Source of the DNA: the human T2T-CHM13v2.0 reference genome, Homo sapiens
Assembly: GCF_009914755.1 (NCBI RefSeq)
Contig: NC_060928.1
DNA: 64,000 bases
Direction: 5' to 3' (one strand)
Shown: positions 1 to 19,741 of the stretch, one piece after another
Position numbering within the stretch: position 1 is the first letter of the stretch
Layout of the letters: each line of letters starts with the position of its first letter
The notes under the pieces: model-generated
The model's input: only the letters and a program-made list of their open reading frames with translations
Told to the model about the DNA's origin: nothing
Database searches by the model: none
Program-made: the position numbers and the translations under genes

Positions 1-1534
1 TGAGGATAATGGCTTTGAGTTTCATCCATGTCCCTGCAACAGACATAATCTCATTCCTTTTTATGGCACATAGTATGCCGCCATACTGTACATGCATCAT
101 ATTTTCTTTATCCAGTCTATCATTGATGAGTATTTGTGTTGGTTCCATATCTTTGATATTGTAGATAGTGCTGCAATAGACATACATGTGCATGTGTCTT
201 TACAGTAGAATGATTTATATGCCTTTGGGTATATATCAAGTAATGAGATTGCTAGGTCAAATGGTGTTTCTGGTTCTAGATCTTTGAGGAATCACCACAT
301 TGTTTTCCATGATGGTTGAACTAACTTACATTCCCACCAAAAATGTAAAAGTTTTCCTATATCTCCCCAGTTTCACCAGCATCTGTTGTTTTTTGACTTT
401 TTAATCATCTCCATTCTGACTGGCATGAGATTGTATCTCATTGTGGTTTTGATTTGCATTTCTCTAATGATCAGTGATATTGAGCTTTTCTCATAAGTGT
501 GTTGGCTGCATAAATGTATTTTTTTGAGAAGTGTCTGTTTATATCCTTTGCCCACTTTTTGGTGGTGGTGTTTTTTTTCTTGTAAATTTGTTTAAGTTAC
601 TTGTAGATTCTGGATATTGGACCTTTGTCAGAGGGATAGATTGCAAAAATGTTCCCTCATTCTGTAGGTTGCCTGTGCCCTCTGATGATGGTTTATTTTG
701 CTGTGCAGAAGCTCTTTAGTTTAATTTGATCCCATTTGTCAACTTTGGCTTTTATTGTAATTGCTTTTGGTGTTTGTGTCATGAAATTTTTGCCCACGCC
801 TATGTCCTGAATGATGTTGCTTAGGTTTTCTTCCAGGGTTTTTATGGTTTTGGGTTTTACATTTAAGTCTTTAATCCATCTTGAGTTAATTTTTGTATAA
901 GGTGTAAGGCAGGGGTATAGTTTCTGTTTTTTGCATATGGCCAGCCAGTTTCCCCAGCACCATTTATTAAATAGGGAATCCTTTCCCATTGCTTGTTTTT
1001 GTCAGTTTTGTCGAAGATCAGATGGCTGTAGATGTGTGGTGTTATTTCTGAGGCCTCTGTTCTGTTCCATTGGTCTATATGTCTGCTTTTGTTCCAGTAC
1101 TATGCTGGTTTGGTTACTGTAAGGTGTAAGGAAGGGATCCAGTTGCAGTTTTCTCCATATGGCTAACCAGTTTTTCCAAAACACCATTTATTAAATAGGG
1201 AATCCTTCCCCTAATTGCTTGTTTTTGTCAGGTTTGTCAAAGATCAGATGGTTGTAGATGTGTAATGTTATTTCTGAGGCGTATGTTCTGTTCCATTGGT
1301 CAATACATCTTTTTGGTACCAGTACCATTCTGTTTTGGTTATGTAGCCTAATAGTATAGTTTGACATCAGGTAGCGTGATGCCTCCAGCTTTGTTCTTTT
1401 TGCTTAGGTTTGTCTTGGCTATATGGGCTCTTTTTTGGTTCCATATTAAATTTAAAGTAGTTTTTTTCTAGCTCTGTGAGGAATGTCAATGGTAGTTTGA
1501 TGGGAATAGCTTTGAATATATAAATTACTGTGGG
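1..1534 (-). mobile_element. Older primate L1 (L1PA8-13-like), ORF2 3' part, left half; interrupted by a younger L1
   Basis: Minus-strand ORFs 373..555 and 693..989 translate to L1 ORF2 C-terminal motifs ([23 protein letters not shown]). The sequence resumes in register at 7671. Confidence 0.85.
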
Positions 1535-7660
<6,126 letters not shown>

Positions 7661-7670
7661 TTACTTTGGG

Positions 7671-8095
7671 CAGCATGGCCATTTTTACAATTCTGATTTT
7701 TTTATCCATGAGGATGGAATGTTTTTCCATTTGTGTCCTCTCTTAATTCCTTCAGCAGGGTTTTCTATTTCTCCTTGAAGAGGTCCTTCACGTACCTTGT
7801 TAGGCATATTCCTAGGTATTTTATTCTCTTTGTTGCAATTGCAAATGGGAATTTATTCGTGATTTGGCTCTGCTTGTGTATTGTTGGTGTATAGGAATAC
7901 TTGTAATTTTTGCATATTGATTTTTCTATCCGGAGGCTTTGCTGAAGTTGCTTATCAGCTTAAGGAATTTTAGAACTGAGATGAAGGGGTTTTCCAAATA
8001 TAGAATTATGTCATCTGCAAATAGAGACAATTTAACTTCTTCTCTTTCTATTTATAGAATACCCTTTATTTCTTTTTCTTGCCTGATTGCCCTAG
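7671..8095 (-). mobile_element. Continuation of the older L1 ORF2 fragment
   Basis: CAGCATGGCCATTTTTACAA... continues the L1 antisense sequence broken at 1534. Confidence 0.8.
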
Positions 8096-8369
8096 TTCAC
8101 ATTTAAATCCACCATTTTATTCTATATATTTTTGTTTTCTAACCTGTTTTCTGTTTCTTTGCTTTTTTACTTTATTTGAAGTATTTTAAATCATTTCTTG
8201 TCTTACTAATTTTTTGGTAAAGTGTTTTTAATGTATTCTCTTAGCTGGTACCACCTTACATCATAATAATATTGGTAGGATTAATAGACTCTGAATTGGT
8301 GGTAGCTGGTGTAGTCACAGCATTTTCCATATTATTTCCCTTGGATTATGGAAAACTATTACATATTTA

Positions 8370-9350
8370 TTTTATCAATATTAAAACCTTCATGTTTCAA
8401 AAGGCATCCTCCAAAAAGTAAAAAAAAAAAAAAAATCTATCTGCCCATAGTGGAAGAAAATATATGAAAATCGTATATTTGATAAGGGATAGTATCTATA
8501 ACATATTAATAATTCTTATGAATCCATAATAAGGTAAATAGAAAAATGACAAAATGTTCACAAGATTAAAATAGAAATTTTATCTAAGGAAGATGCATGA
8601 ATGATCAGTAAGCACATGAAAAGAGGGTTAACATCTTCAGCCATAAGGAAATGCAAATGAAAACCATAATGAGAGACCACTTTACACACACTAGAAAGGC
8701 TGTAATAGAAAGACAGGTGATAACAAGTGTTGGGAAGAGTGTGAAGAAATTAGAGCCCTCCTATCCAGCTGGTGGTAATGAAAAATGATGCAAATACTTT
8801 GAAAAACAGTTTAGCCATTCTTCATAAACAACAATTTCCCATATGCCTCAGCAAGTCCACTCCTAGCCTCTCCTCAAAAGAAGTAAAAACATATTTTTAC
8901 ACAGAAAATACGTATAACAATATTCGTAAGTGCCAAAATTGGAAAGACCTAAAATGTCCATGACCTGATAAATGGGTAATTTTGGTATAAACATATCAAA
9001 GAATATTATATAGAAATAAAAATGAATGAGTTCTGATACATCCAACAACATAAATAAAACTAAAAATAATTATGCTAAGTGAAAGAAGTCGTTTACAAAA
9101 CACTATAAATTGTATGATTTCATTTATATAAAATATGTGAAGAGAATAATCTATTGAGAAACAAAGTAAGTCGGTATTTTTCTAGGACTGGAGGTGTATT
9201 GGGAGTGACTTCATGCATTTTGAGTTTAATTTGAGCTCACAAAAATGTTATTTAGGGTTGTGGCTTCGTAACTATGTAAACATACTAAATATATTTAGAT
9301 TTTAAATTTTAGTGAATGTTATGCTATGCAAATTGTAACTCATTTTCAAA
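8370..9350 (+). mobile_element. Ancient L1M 3' fragment
   Basis: Degenerate ORF2 end and 3'UTR motifs (GGAAATGCAAATGAAAACCATAATGAGA, ATGCTAAGTGAAAGAAG). Boundaries approximate. Confidence 0.65.
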
Positions 9351-9750
9351 TTGATTAAAATAATGATAATAATAAAAATAAATTTTTGAGAAAGAATAGA
9401 TTCATACTTTCAGAAATTTTAGGTATTGAATTGAAATATTTTATCATATTTCTCTAGTTACATAATTTCTATTGTGTATTCTATCATTAAAAATATTTAA
9501 AATAATTATGTACATATCTTTAATTTTTTTGATTTTATAATTCATTGCAGTCATTGGTGACCCATTAAATCTGTGGGGTTGAAATGTAACTTTGAAATAA
9601 TTGTCTGGTGGAAAATAAGAGCAGATTTTACATTGGTTAAATCACTTCAATCCCTTCAAAATTAGTCTCTTAACAAAGGGTTCAAACTCATATTCACTGT
9701 TGACAAAAAAATTTGTAAGTACCACCTGGTCACAAAATTGTAATACTCAC

Positions 9751-9970
9751 ATAGGGTCATTAATGACTGACTTCAATGCATTGAGCAAATCTCTACTTGA
9801 CATGGTCCTGATGTCCACACTGAGGGCTGCTCCCTTGGCTTTCATGTGAGCAATGTTATCATGTTGATCCGCAAACAAGGGAATGCCCACCATAGGGATC
9901 CCATGGTAGATTGCCTCATAGATGCCATTGGTTCCACCATGAGTTATAAAAGCTTTGGTTTTGGGATGAC
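9751..9970 (-). CDS. UGT2B17: UDP-glucuronosyltransferase 2B17, coding exon 5 (220 nt)
   Basis: Acceptor TTTTAG|GT, donor AT|GTGAGT. Encodes [35 protein letters not shown], the UGT signature region. Confidence 0.97.
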
Positions 9971-10897
9971 CTAAAAGTGGATGCATTTTAACAAAGTTAT
10001 TAATTATAAGGCACAGGAATTGAATAAGAAATGCACAATATAAGGAACTTAAAGCAAAACTGTTCCCTAGGTAACATTATACCCACAAAACTGCATTGAA
10101 ATTGTTTTCAAATTTCAGAGGAAGAAGCACCTACTTCTGCTGGAAAGGTAAGTGAAGGCTACATGAAAAGGTGGTGGTCTGTGTGTCTTCACAGTGGAAA
10201 CATAAATTTAAAAGTTTGCCAGGTGAACAAAATGAAAAAACATATTCTTAATTAAAAAATTAAAATGTGCAAAAAAGAAAAGAATAAGATTTGGTATACA
10301 AGAACATAGTCTCTTAAGTAGTATAAATTATGCAGTCACATTTATATATTTAAAAAATATTTAAATAGTTAAAATATTTAAAATACTTAAATTTTTTTTT
10401 AAAGGCAGCAAGGAGTAGGGTGGAGGTGGTGCTGAGGAAGGACAGGTTACACATCATCATGAAATGTGTTATCACTTTATGATAAAGATTGGTGATTTAT
10501 TCCCACAGAAAATAGAGTCACTGGTAATAGAAGAATGTCTGTTATTTTTCAGTACCTGTTGAAATAACCCTGCAGTAGGGGAAGGAACAGATGTAAAGTT
10601 GCAGAAATAAGAGACAGAAAATCCAGGATGTTATTTAAAACCTGTGAGAGGTAATTACACCTGAATAAAGAGATTTTTATTCTGACCATAAAGAATGTGA
10701 CTGTATGTAACAAAATGCCAACTACCATAGTGTATTCTTCTTATACTAAGACTAGAAAATAAATATAAAGTAGTTAAATTTGATTTTTTTTTAGTTTTCC
10801 AATAAAAAATGTTAAATATGTTTGTTTTATGTTGAAATATTATCACTTCTAATTGGCTGTTACTAATATATTCAGTATTTGTTCTCCAGAGTCTTAC

Positions 10898-10985
10898 CAA
10901 GAAGGTCATTCTGGGGTAACCACTTGTACAGTCGAGTATTGGAACCTAAAGTATTTGGCTTCTTGCCATCAAATCTCCATAGAAC
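10898..10985 (-). CDS. UGT2B17: UGT2B17 coding exon 4 (88 nt)
   Basis: Acceptor CTAACAG|GTT, donor TTG|GTAAGA. Encodes [29 protein letters not shown]. Confidence 0.97.
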
Positions 10986-11236
10986 CTGTTAGGGCAAGGA
11001 AAATATCTTGTTCAATGAATAGAACTCTAAAAATATAACTTGTTAGAATTCTGAAGAGATTAATAATCAGTTAATCCATATAAAAGATGAAGAAATAAGA
11101 AGAAGTGATGTCAAGTAATGAGAACTACTAAAAGTCTGAGGTAAGCTGAATACCCACATTTAATATCTTTACTTTTATAATCAATTTGGTATATAAAAAA
11201 ATGACATTTCTAACTTAATAGCTAGACACATGAGAG

Positions 11237-14200
11237 TGTGAAAGGAAAATAAATCTTGGTGCCCCAAAATCTATGCTAAAGGGAAAAGTTAAGCTGCTCA
11301 GGGCAAACCTACTTCCCATTCTATTCAAAGTCAGCCCTTGGCTCACTGAGATAAATGCATATCTAATTGCCTCATTTGGAGAGGCTAATCAGAAACTCAA
11401 AGGAATTCAGCCATTTGTCTCCTATCTACCTATGACCTGGAAGCCCCTTCCATGCTTCAAGTTGCTCTGCCTTTGTTTCTAGTTGTCCCCCATTTCTGGA
11501 CTGAACAAATGTCCATCTTATATAAGTTGATTGATGTCTCATGTATCCCTAAAATGTATAAAACCAAACTGTCCCCCCACCACCTTGGGACACATGTCAC
11601 CAGGACCCCCTGAGGCTGTGTCATGGGTGCACATTTTCAACCTTGGCAAAATAAACTTTCTAAATTAACTGAGACCTGCCTCAGATATTCAGGGTTCACA
11701 TTTTGGTAACCATGAAGAGACTCTGAGTGGAGGTTCCCTGACCTTTGATAAATGTCCTGTCAGTGCTTGGTACCAGCATGAGCTAACTTTATGGCTCAAA
11801 CAAATAAGACAATTGGCTGAGGTCTGGGAGCAACCCCTCCAGAGAATCCCTGATACCCCAAAATTCAGTCAAGACCAAAAGTTTATTTTGCTGTACAACT
11901 CCTTTTTTTTTGTTTTTTATTTTTTTTTGGAGTTTTACTTGCTTCCTACAAGAAAGGCAATATTTCCTGTTTCCATGACAATGGAAGGCAGGTAACTCTA
12001 TGGAGTTTGAGCTCACTCCCAGGAGGGAGGATAAATTTGAGGTTTCTTTCCTACTTCTAGGACGACAGAGGGCAGTTTTAGCCTGAAACCCATCCGTAGG
12101 TAAATAGCTGAATTGGGGTTTTGTCTTGGTTAATGTTTAACAACTAGCTGGACTTAATTTCTCCTTACCATTACAGTGCTTAATGATCACATTTTTGGGA
12201 GTATTTTTTTTGTACATTCCAGTATTTCTCCCATCAGATTTGACAAACTTTACCTGACTTGATCATATCTGAGTGAGAATTCCAAATTGTGGGTAACAAA
12301 GCCTGTCTAATTTGGTGAAAATTCTTCACAGATGCAAAAGAGAAAACAAAACAAAACCTAAAAACCATGCTCTTGGTTTCTGTGTTTGCTTCCTGTCTTT
12401 AAAAAAACAAATGTTCTTTTGTTTACTTTTCCTCCACCCTATACCTCCTTTTGTCTTTTGCCATTTGTAGTACCAAAAATCTAGAGAAGGCTTCTAATGA
12501 TTTGAACTCTTTTAAAGAATTCAGAACAAAGGCACCACTCACCCCTTTGGGGGTGCTCTGTTTTCTTTGTGGAGTTTCAAGAGTTGTGGGCAGATTTTTT
12601 CTTAGGTCCAAAGCTCTGTTTTCCTGTGTTGAATGACCTGATCTCTTTGGCTTTGAGATTACCACAGATTACCTTGTACTGTGAGAGGATTTTACCTTGG
12701 CGTGTGTAATGGCAGACGAGTTACAAAGTAGAGGGTGGCTGAGTACAGTTTACTGGAAGTAGTATTGACTGTTGTTATTTTTTTCCTCCTAGGAAGTTGT
12801 TGTTTAAGAATCCTAATTCTAGTTTGGAGATGTGTTGTAAAGGGTCTCCTCTATTGTTTTTATTCCCCAAATTAATCTCATTTGGCTTGTCTGTGTGGAT
12901 TTGTGTGAGAAACTGAACTGTGGTTTACATAGGAAAATGAGAGACTGAGTTTTCTCAGCTCCAAAGTGAAAGGGCATCTGCTCCTCCCAGGCAAAAGGCA
13001 CCCCTAAGCAACTGGGGGCCTTGTGGGAGTGTCTTGGGTTTGACCCCCTATGACATGCAGTGGTCCTGCAGGGAAATCCCCAAGAAAAATTAACTTTTAA
13101 AAAAAGGCTAGTCCAGGAAACACATATGAGGGCAGATCACCCAGCATTTTGAGCCCTCTCAGAGGTCATACACCTCTGGAGGGAGAAACTGAGACACGTA
13201 AGAGGGTGGAAACAACTCAGTGGTGACACACTGTGGAGTACTGCCCACAAGCAGCACACATTGATTCACCACACATAAACCCTAGGCCACAGCTCAGTTC
13301 CTCCTTTTAGGAAAAAAAGTGGGAAACAAATAATCTAAGAATGATGAGAAAACAAGAAGAATGATCCCCTGATATCGCCTGTTTGGATTTATGACACCTC
13401 TACTTGGCAGAGTTTATGTAAAATGAAGGTAATACGGTCTTTGTGCACATATACATTAAGAGCCCTAAGGTTGTCCTACAAACTGTAGAGTTCCTAAGTT
13501 CTCTCTTTTTTAAAAATTTTCTTTTATTCTTGCTTTAAATTTGCTTTTATTTTTCTATTAAGTTAAAAACCACTGTTTTGATTCAACAGGTTTTTGTCTG
13601 CAAGCTGGTGATTTTTTTTTATCTCATAGCTAAATTTCTGAAGTAAAAACCACATAATCTTTTGTGTGTGTGTAAGTGTTTGCATATATTTAAAAGGCCA
13701 TTATAATTTCTATAATTTTATGTTTAATTGGCAATTAAATCCATTTTATTTTCCTTCTAGCACACCAATTTTTTTCTCTGTGTACATTATGATGTAAATT
13801 TTGCTATTTGATTTTCACCTGAATGGTTTCTTTTAATATGCAAATGTAAGATTATTTAGCTCACAACTGCCTATGGTGATCAAGTATTCATACAGATTAC
13901 CTATTGAAACAGGTTATCAAGAATTTGAAAGTCTAATATGGCAAAGAGGAGTTTTTATAAACCTGTAAGATGTACTTCTGTTGGCATGCTTACTACATCT
14001 ATGTATTTATGTGTTTTGTACACAATGTTTTATTACTGAAAATATATAAAAGAGCTCTAATTAATTGGCTTAAGAAAATAAAAGTGCTTGAATTAAATAC
14101 TTTGCCAGAAAAAAAGACTAGTCAAATGCTTTTTCAAGTTTATGTAACTTAAATAAAATCTTTTATAAATAAGATAACAACAATTATTGATAAAGTATGA

Positions 14201-17200
14201 TAATATTAGAAATGCATTAAGACTTGCCAGCATACATTTTTGTTTGCATTTATTAATCAAGAAATTTCATACTTATTCTTGCCAAATACTTTAAGGTGTC
14301 AAAATTTGACATAGGGGTTACAAAACTGTAAACCAAGCCCAAAACAGAATGATCTTCACTTGTGTAATTTTTAATAAATAAGACATTAATATTGGTTTAA
14401 TGCAAATAGCTACACCTTGAATTAAGTAAGATTATCATAACTTCTCATCTTGTGGCCTTAAGCAATCTAGTCCACAGGCATTAAGCTTTGTTTTGGGAAA
14501 AGACTGTTATCATTTTTATTTCAAAGCTAAACTATAAACTAAGTTCCTCCTTAAGTTAGTTTGGCCTACACCCAGAAATAAACACGGAGAGCTTGGAGGT
14601 TAAAAGCAAGATGGAGTTAGGTCAGATCTTTTTCACTGTCTCAGTTATAATTTTGCAATGGCAATTCCATAACTTTAAATGATGACTACCACACTTTTCA
14701 CAAATATTCTAGGTAAATGACTAAATAATTAGGTAAATGTAATGGGATAAATACTTATAGACAAACTCATAATTTAGAATCTAAGGTTATATTAAATTAA
14801 ATAATAGATATTTCATTGTTTGGGTATTTTTCAAAAAAAATTTGTAGGAAAACATTCTTTCCAAAAAAAAGTGCATCTTTTTTAAAAAGGTGAAGAAGTG
14901 TTGTCTAATTCAAAGCTTATTTAAAGGTTATGTATAAAACAAGGTAAAAGGAACCAGGAAGTAAGGGAGATGTAAAGAAAGTTATAAAAATAAAAAGTTT
15001 TTTTTTTTTTTTTTGTAAAAAGCTTGAAGAGAAATAATTTTATATGAGAAAGAATCTTGTGTGGTAAATTTAGTCCTAGAATAAAATGATCAGTTGTGTA
15101 AGAAAGAAGGATGTTCAGGACAAACCAGAAAGTCCAAACATATCATGAATGATCTGTGTAAGTCACAATAAGAAGATTAAAAAAACTTTTATATGATCAA
15201 GTTGTCTATAATTAAAGGGAAATTATAATGGTGTTTCTACAGATTGGGCTTGATGTAAAAAAAGCACTTATGCACTAAATAATTGGTTAGAACAATAACA
15301 TTTTCTTAAGGGATTGATTTACTCTTAAAATATTATGAGTTTTTTTTTTTTAACCCAAAGTTTAACTTTTCTTGCATCTCACTGTTTTTGGTTTTCTCTC
15401 CCCTTTTAAAGGGTGTGAAATAGTAACACTCTCCTTCAACTCATTTTCAACTCATGTAAGTTTTTTCCTCAAGTTCTGTTTGTTGTGGCATAATGCTAAC
15501 AGTGTTTTCTAAAAGCTATTCAACTCCTCAAGGTCCAGGGACTATCACAGAAGAGGTGGGTGTGTGAGATTGAAAGAACTGATACTAAGAGATAAAATAA
15601 GTTCCGTTTATGCATAAATTAATCATTAATGTCAAAGACACACTAATGCAAGACCAACATATGGGCCCCTGTGTCAGATTAACAAGGTTTTCTTGAAGCA
15701 TAAACTGACTTCTTAATAAAGATTATAAACGTTATGAAAGGCTGAGGAAAGTTATATCTTATGGTCAAGATTAGAATTTTATAGATTGTTCATACAATTT
15801 TGAAAAACAAACTTATTTGGCTTCATGCTGTTTTATTAGGGCTTATTGTTTGGCAAATTGAGTCTCCTCTCTCAAAGAATGAAGATTTTTGCCTTTTTTT
15901 GAAATCCTTGAGTTACCACTTTAGTCAAATGAATGCTTTATTTTACCTGTGATATCAAGCTTTTTAATCCTTTGATATTTGACAAATTTTCCAAAATTAT
16001 GTTTTTTTCTGACCTAAGTAATCCTTTAATTTATTAGTTTCCCTAAAGTCCAAAAATGACATAATTTGGCTTATTTGGTATAAAAATTATACAGGGAACA
16101 TTGTCAAACATGAAATGGTGTTTGGTCTTTTTGAGCTGTATTTATATAAATATGTTATTGGCATGTGTTCCAAAATTATGGGAAACTCCTATAATTCTGA
16201 TATGACTTAGTGTGTACATTATCAGTAATAATTATATTTGTTATGTTAAGTTATTGTGTGCCACAGAGGTAACAAATTTCCTTGTCCATTGTGTCTTTGA
16301 CTGAGGCTGCCCTAAAACTTTTTGTCATCCACAGACAATTGTTGTCTGACTTTGGTCCTCTTTAGAAGGCGATTTTATACTCAGCCATGAAATTCTAACA
16401 GGTGCTCTTGAAAAAAAGTTTTTGATAATTTTGGAGATTGTGACATTAGAATGGAAGAAAAACTTTCAGGACTCATGGAGAACTAAAATGTTCATGAATA
16501 TCAAGCAGAACAGGAATTAACTACATGGACTGAAATAATAGAAAACTAAAGTAATCTTTTTGACTTTGCTTAAAACATTGCTGATCCTTTGTTTTGTTTT
16601 GTTTTTTTTTTTAGAGTGAAGGAATCTTTCTTTTTTTGAGCTATTAACAGCTTTTAACAATTTAGTATACTCCTATGAAAAAAATTTAGAACATATTTGT
16701 TTCCCTCTACCTGATTTTTCAGAATTTGGAAACTATTTGTGAGTATTTTTTACTTTTGTCAATACAGTTATTTGCATAAGTGCAATAAGAATCTATTTTC
16801 ATTTTTAACAAAACACAATTGGAGAAACTGGTTATTTTATCAAGGCTTCCACTGGAATGGTGGGCTTTCCTTTAGGGAATCAAACTTAACTTATGGAGCC
16901 AATAAAACCCCTTGGGAAAACTGGCCTCATACCTTCATCTATAAGGTCCCTGTACAGGGTTCCTGAACTGTGTTAAGCAAAGAATGTAACTTTCTGACAG
17001 GCCCAGGAGCCCCAAGTTTATTTTGGAACCCCAAGAGGAGAGGAATTCACCCAACTCATAGGTATTTGATGGTACAAATCTATGGCTTGCCTCAGCTTTA
17101 AAAAAGTCCTATCTGAGATTCTTTCTATAAGACAAAGTTCCATCAAAGCCACTTTAAAAGCCTATGTAAATAAAAAATTATTCTTCCTCCTCTGTATACA

Positions 17201-18056
17201 ATAATCAGGCCAAGTATAATAAAGCAAATCAGTTGTACCATGGTTTGTCTTTAGTAAAATTGGGGAACTGAAGACAGAAAAATTATGTTTCAAAAATAAC
17301 AGTATACCTGTTGTTAGATTCTAGTCTTGCCTAATGTTTTTCAATTTTTATTACTGTCTACAGTTTGGACTGAATTCTAATTTTTCATGGCGACACGTCT
17401 TCAAAATAGTGTCTTCAGGTTTTTTTTCCTCCCCTTCCACAATTTTTCCTAATTTGGAGTCACTGTAAACTAAGCTATGCTTTCATAAAGCCCTACAAAT
17501 TAAGCTAGACAACTTAAACTCCAGAAGAAAATAACAGCAACCAATTTACATACATAATCCACTTTCATACCTGCCTACTGATTTATGGACTTCAGAGTAA
17601 TGTGGCCTATATTAATTTTAAAGGATTGTTCTTTTGTTTTTGTTTTTCTCACTTCCTCCCTTTATTTTGTCTTCACAGTACATGAGACTTCAGAACCTGC
17701 TAAAAATGAACTTTCCTAATAACTCAGGACCTGCTTAGGAATAAACCATCCTTGCCATTAGAGATCAGATGAAAACCTGAGACCAGAGACTCATTTTCTT
17801 CTAAAATGCTTTCTCCAAAAGATTTTTTTAAAATGTAAAATGAAAATAAACCTGGGGGCCCCAAAGTCACTAAGCAAATCACTGCCTCCCATTCTATTCA
17901 AAGACACCCCTCTGCTCACTGAGATAAATGCATATCTGATTGCCTCCTTTGGAGAGCCTAATCAGAAGCTCAAAGGAATGCCTCTTCCCTGCTTCAAGTT
18001 GGCAAAATAAACTTTCTAAATGTACTGAGACCTGTATCAGATATTTGGGGTTCACA
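11237..18056 (+). mobile_element. MER4-group (MER4A-like) non-autonomous ERV1 provirus in intron 3
   Basis: 5' LTR 11237-11700 (TGTGAAAGGAAAATAAA...GGTTCACA) and a homologous, internally deleted 3' LTR 17834-18056; flanks AGAG/AGAT; AT-rich non-coding interior. Confidence 0.85.
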
Positions 18057-19609
18057 AGATTATCAATGAAATATTCAAATATATAAGAATTGTTAGGCAG
18101 TCTTAATTCTAGTAATAAAAAAGTAGCAAATTAGTAATAACCTATATATTTATTTTATATACTTTATACTAGCTGTAACCTTCCAAATTTAATATAAATT
18201 TATTAATTTTTGAGTGATATGGGAAGAGTTTACTTATATCCACTTGTCTACTAGTCATAAGTTATTTTATGAATTTGACATCATTGATTACAAAAGACTA
18301 AATACTTAAACTGCACATATGGTGAGAAATAATGCTACATATGTAGTAAATTCAGACTATTATCAGTATTGCTACTTTTGTAAATGCTAACAATGTAGGA
18401 AAAAGGAGCCTATTGACAATTCATGATTAACAATACAGATGCTGAGAATGTAGAAAATTGTATTTTGCTACTTTTTGCTTAACTGATCTTTCACACTTAG
18501 ATGATGCACTACCTAGCATTGACAGCCTTGATATATGGTCAGCTACAGCCAGTCATTACCATGTCTAGTACCAAACTAAGGTACTGATTTTAGATTTCCC
18601 AAGCAATCTTTATAAACTGGAGTAGAATTTACAAGTGTTGTCCTTGTATTTGATATGGGAGTGTTAAAGTAACTCTGTGTTTTCAGCAAAAACTTGCATA
18701 GATCATTCAGAGAGGGCTATGCAGATAAGAAAGTAAAACGTAAATTGAAAATACACAAAGATTGTAGGTATATTCTATAGATTAGAAAATAAGTTCCTAC
18801 CATGTTTATTTATAGTTCCTGCTCCTTCCTCAATGTGGAGAAGGCACTAATCTGATTCTTAGAGCATAGTCTTTGTTGGGCCACATTTAATAATGCACAT
18901 AGTCTACCCTAAAAGCAGGATTCTATCTCCATCCTTTCCATTACATTTTTCTGCTTAAGACATTAGCGGCACCCAAGCCAGCAGAGCAGACAAGTTTTTC
19001 TTTTTCTCTAAATCTACTTGGCTAGGTGGGTACCTCCAGAGCAGTGGCTAGTCAGACTAGGACATTCTTTCTCTGAATGGCACCCTGAACAGAACGCTAA
19101 ATAGACCTATTCCAATGCATGGGAAGTAAAAACAGCCAGATTGCTTGGTAAGACGAAGCTGCATGATGCATTTCAAAGTTTTTTCAATATCTGCTTATTG
19201 TTATTGTGATAGTACAGTAACTTATTAAAATTTAACTGCTTTTTGATAATATCTACAGTGTATACAGTACCTTCTAAAATCCTGTAAACCAAAAGGAGCA
19301 AATGACAGGGCAGAATTTAGTGATTTCTATGTACATGCTACGATACCATGATAATACCAAACTTCACTAGCACCTCTTAAATATATTTCCTTCTGATCAC
19401 AATATTAATGCCAACGTTATTATCAACCAAAACTCCTCTCTTTATGATTTTAAGATCTTCCATATATGTTTTTGCTTTGAACAGATGTCTGAGATAATTA
19501 GAACTATCATAGCAGTTAAATTTTCAGGCAGAACATTTCTGTAATGGACTCTTGAAGAGTTTAACAGATTCATTTAGTAGCCATCCACAGTTAAGGCACT
19601 TTATCTAAC

Positions 19610-19741
19610 CTTTTGTGGGATCTGGGCAAGGGCTGATGCAATCATGTTGGCACTTTCTTCTGACATGTTACTGATCATCGACCCCAGAGAAAACACCACA
19701 ATACCATTTTCTCCAGAGCTCTGCACAAACTCTTCCATTTC
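19610..19741 (-). CDS. UGT2B17: UGT2B17 coding exon 3 (132 nt)
   Basis: Acceptor TCTTCACAG|GAA, donor AAG|GTTAGA. Encodes [44 protein letters not shown]. Confidence 0.97.
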
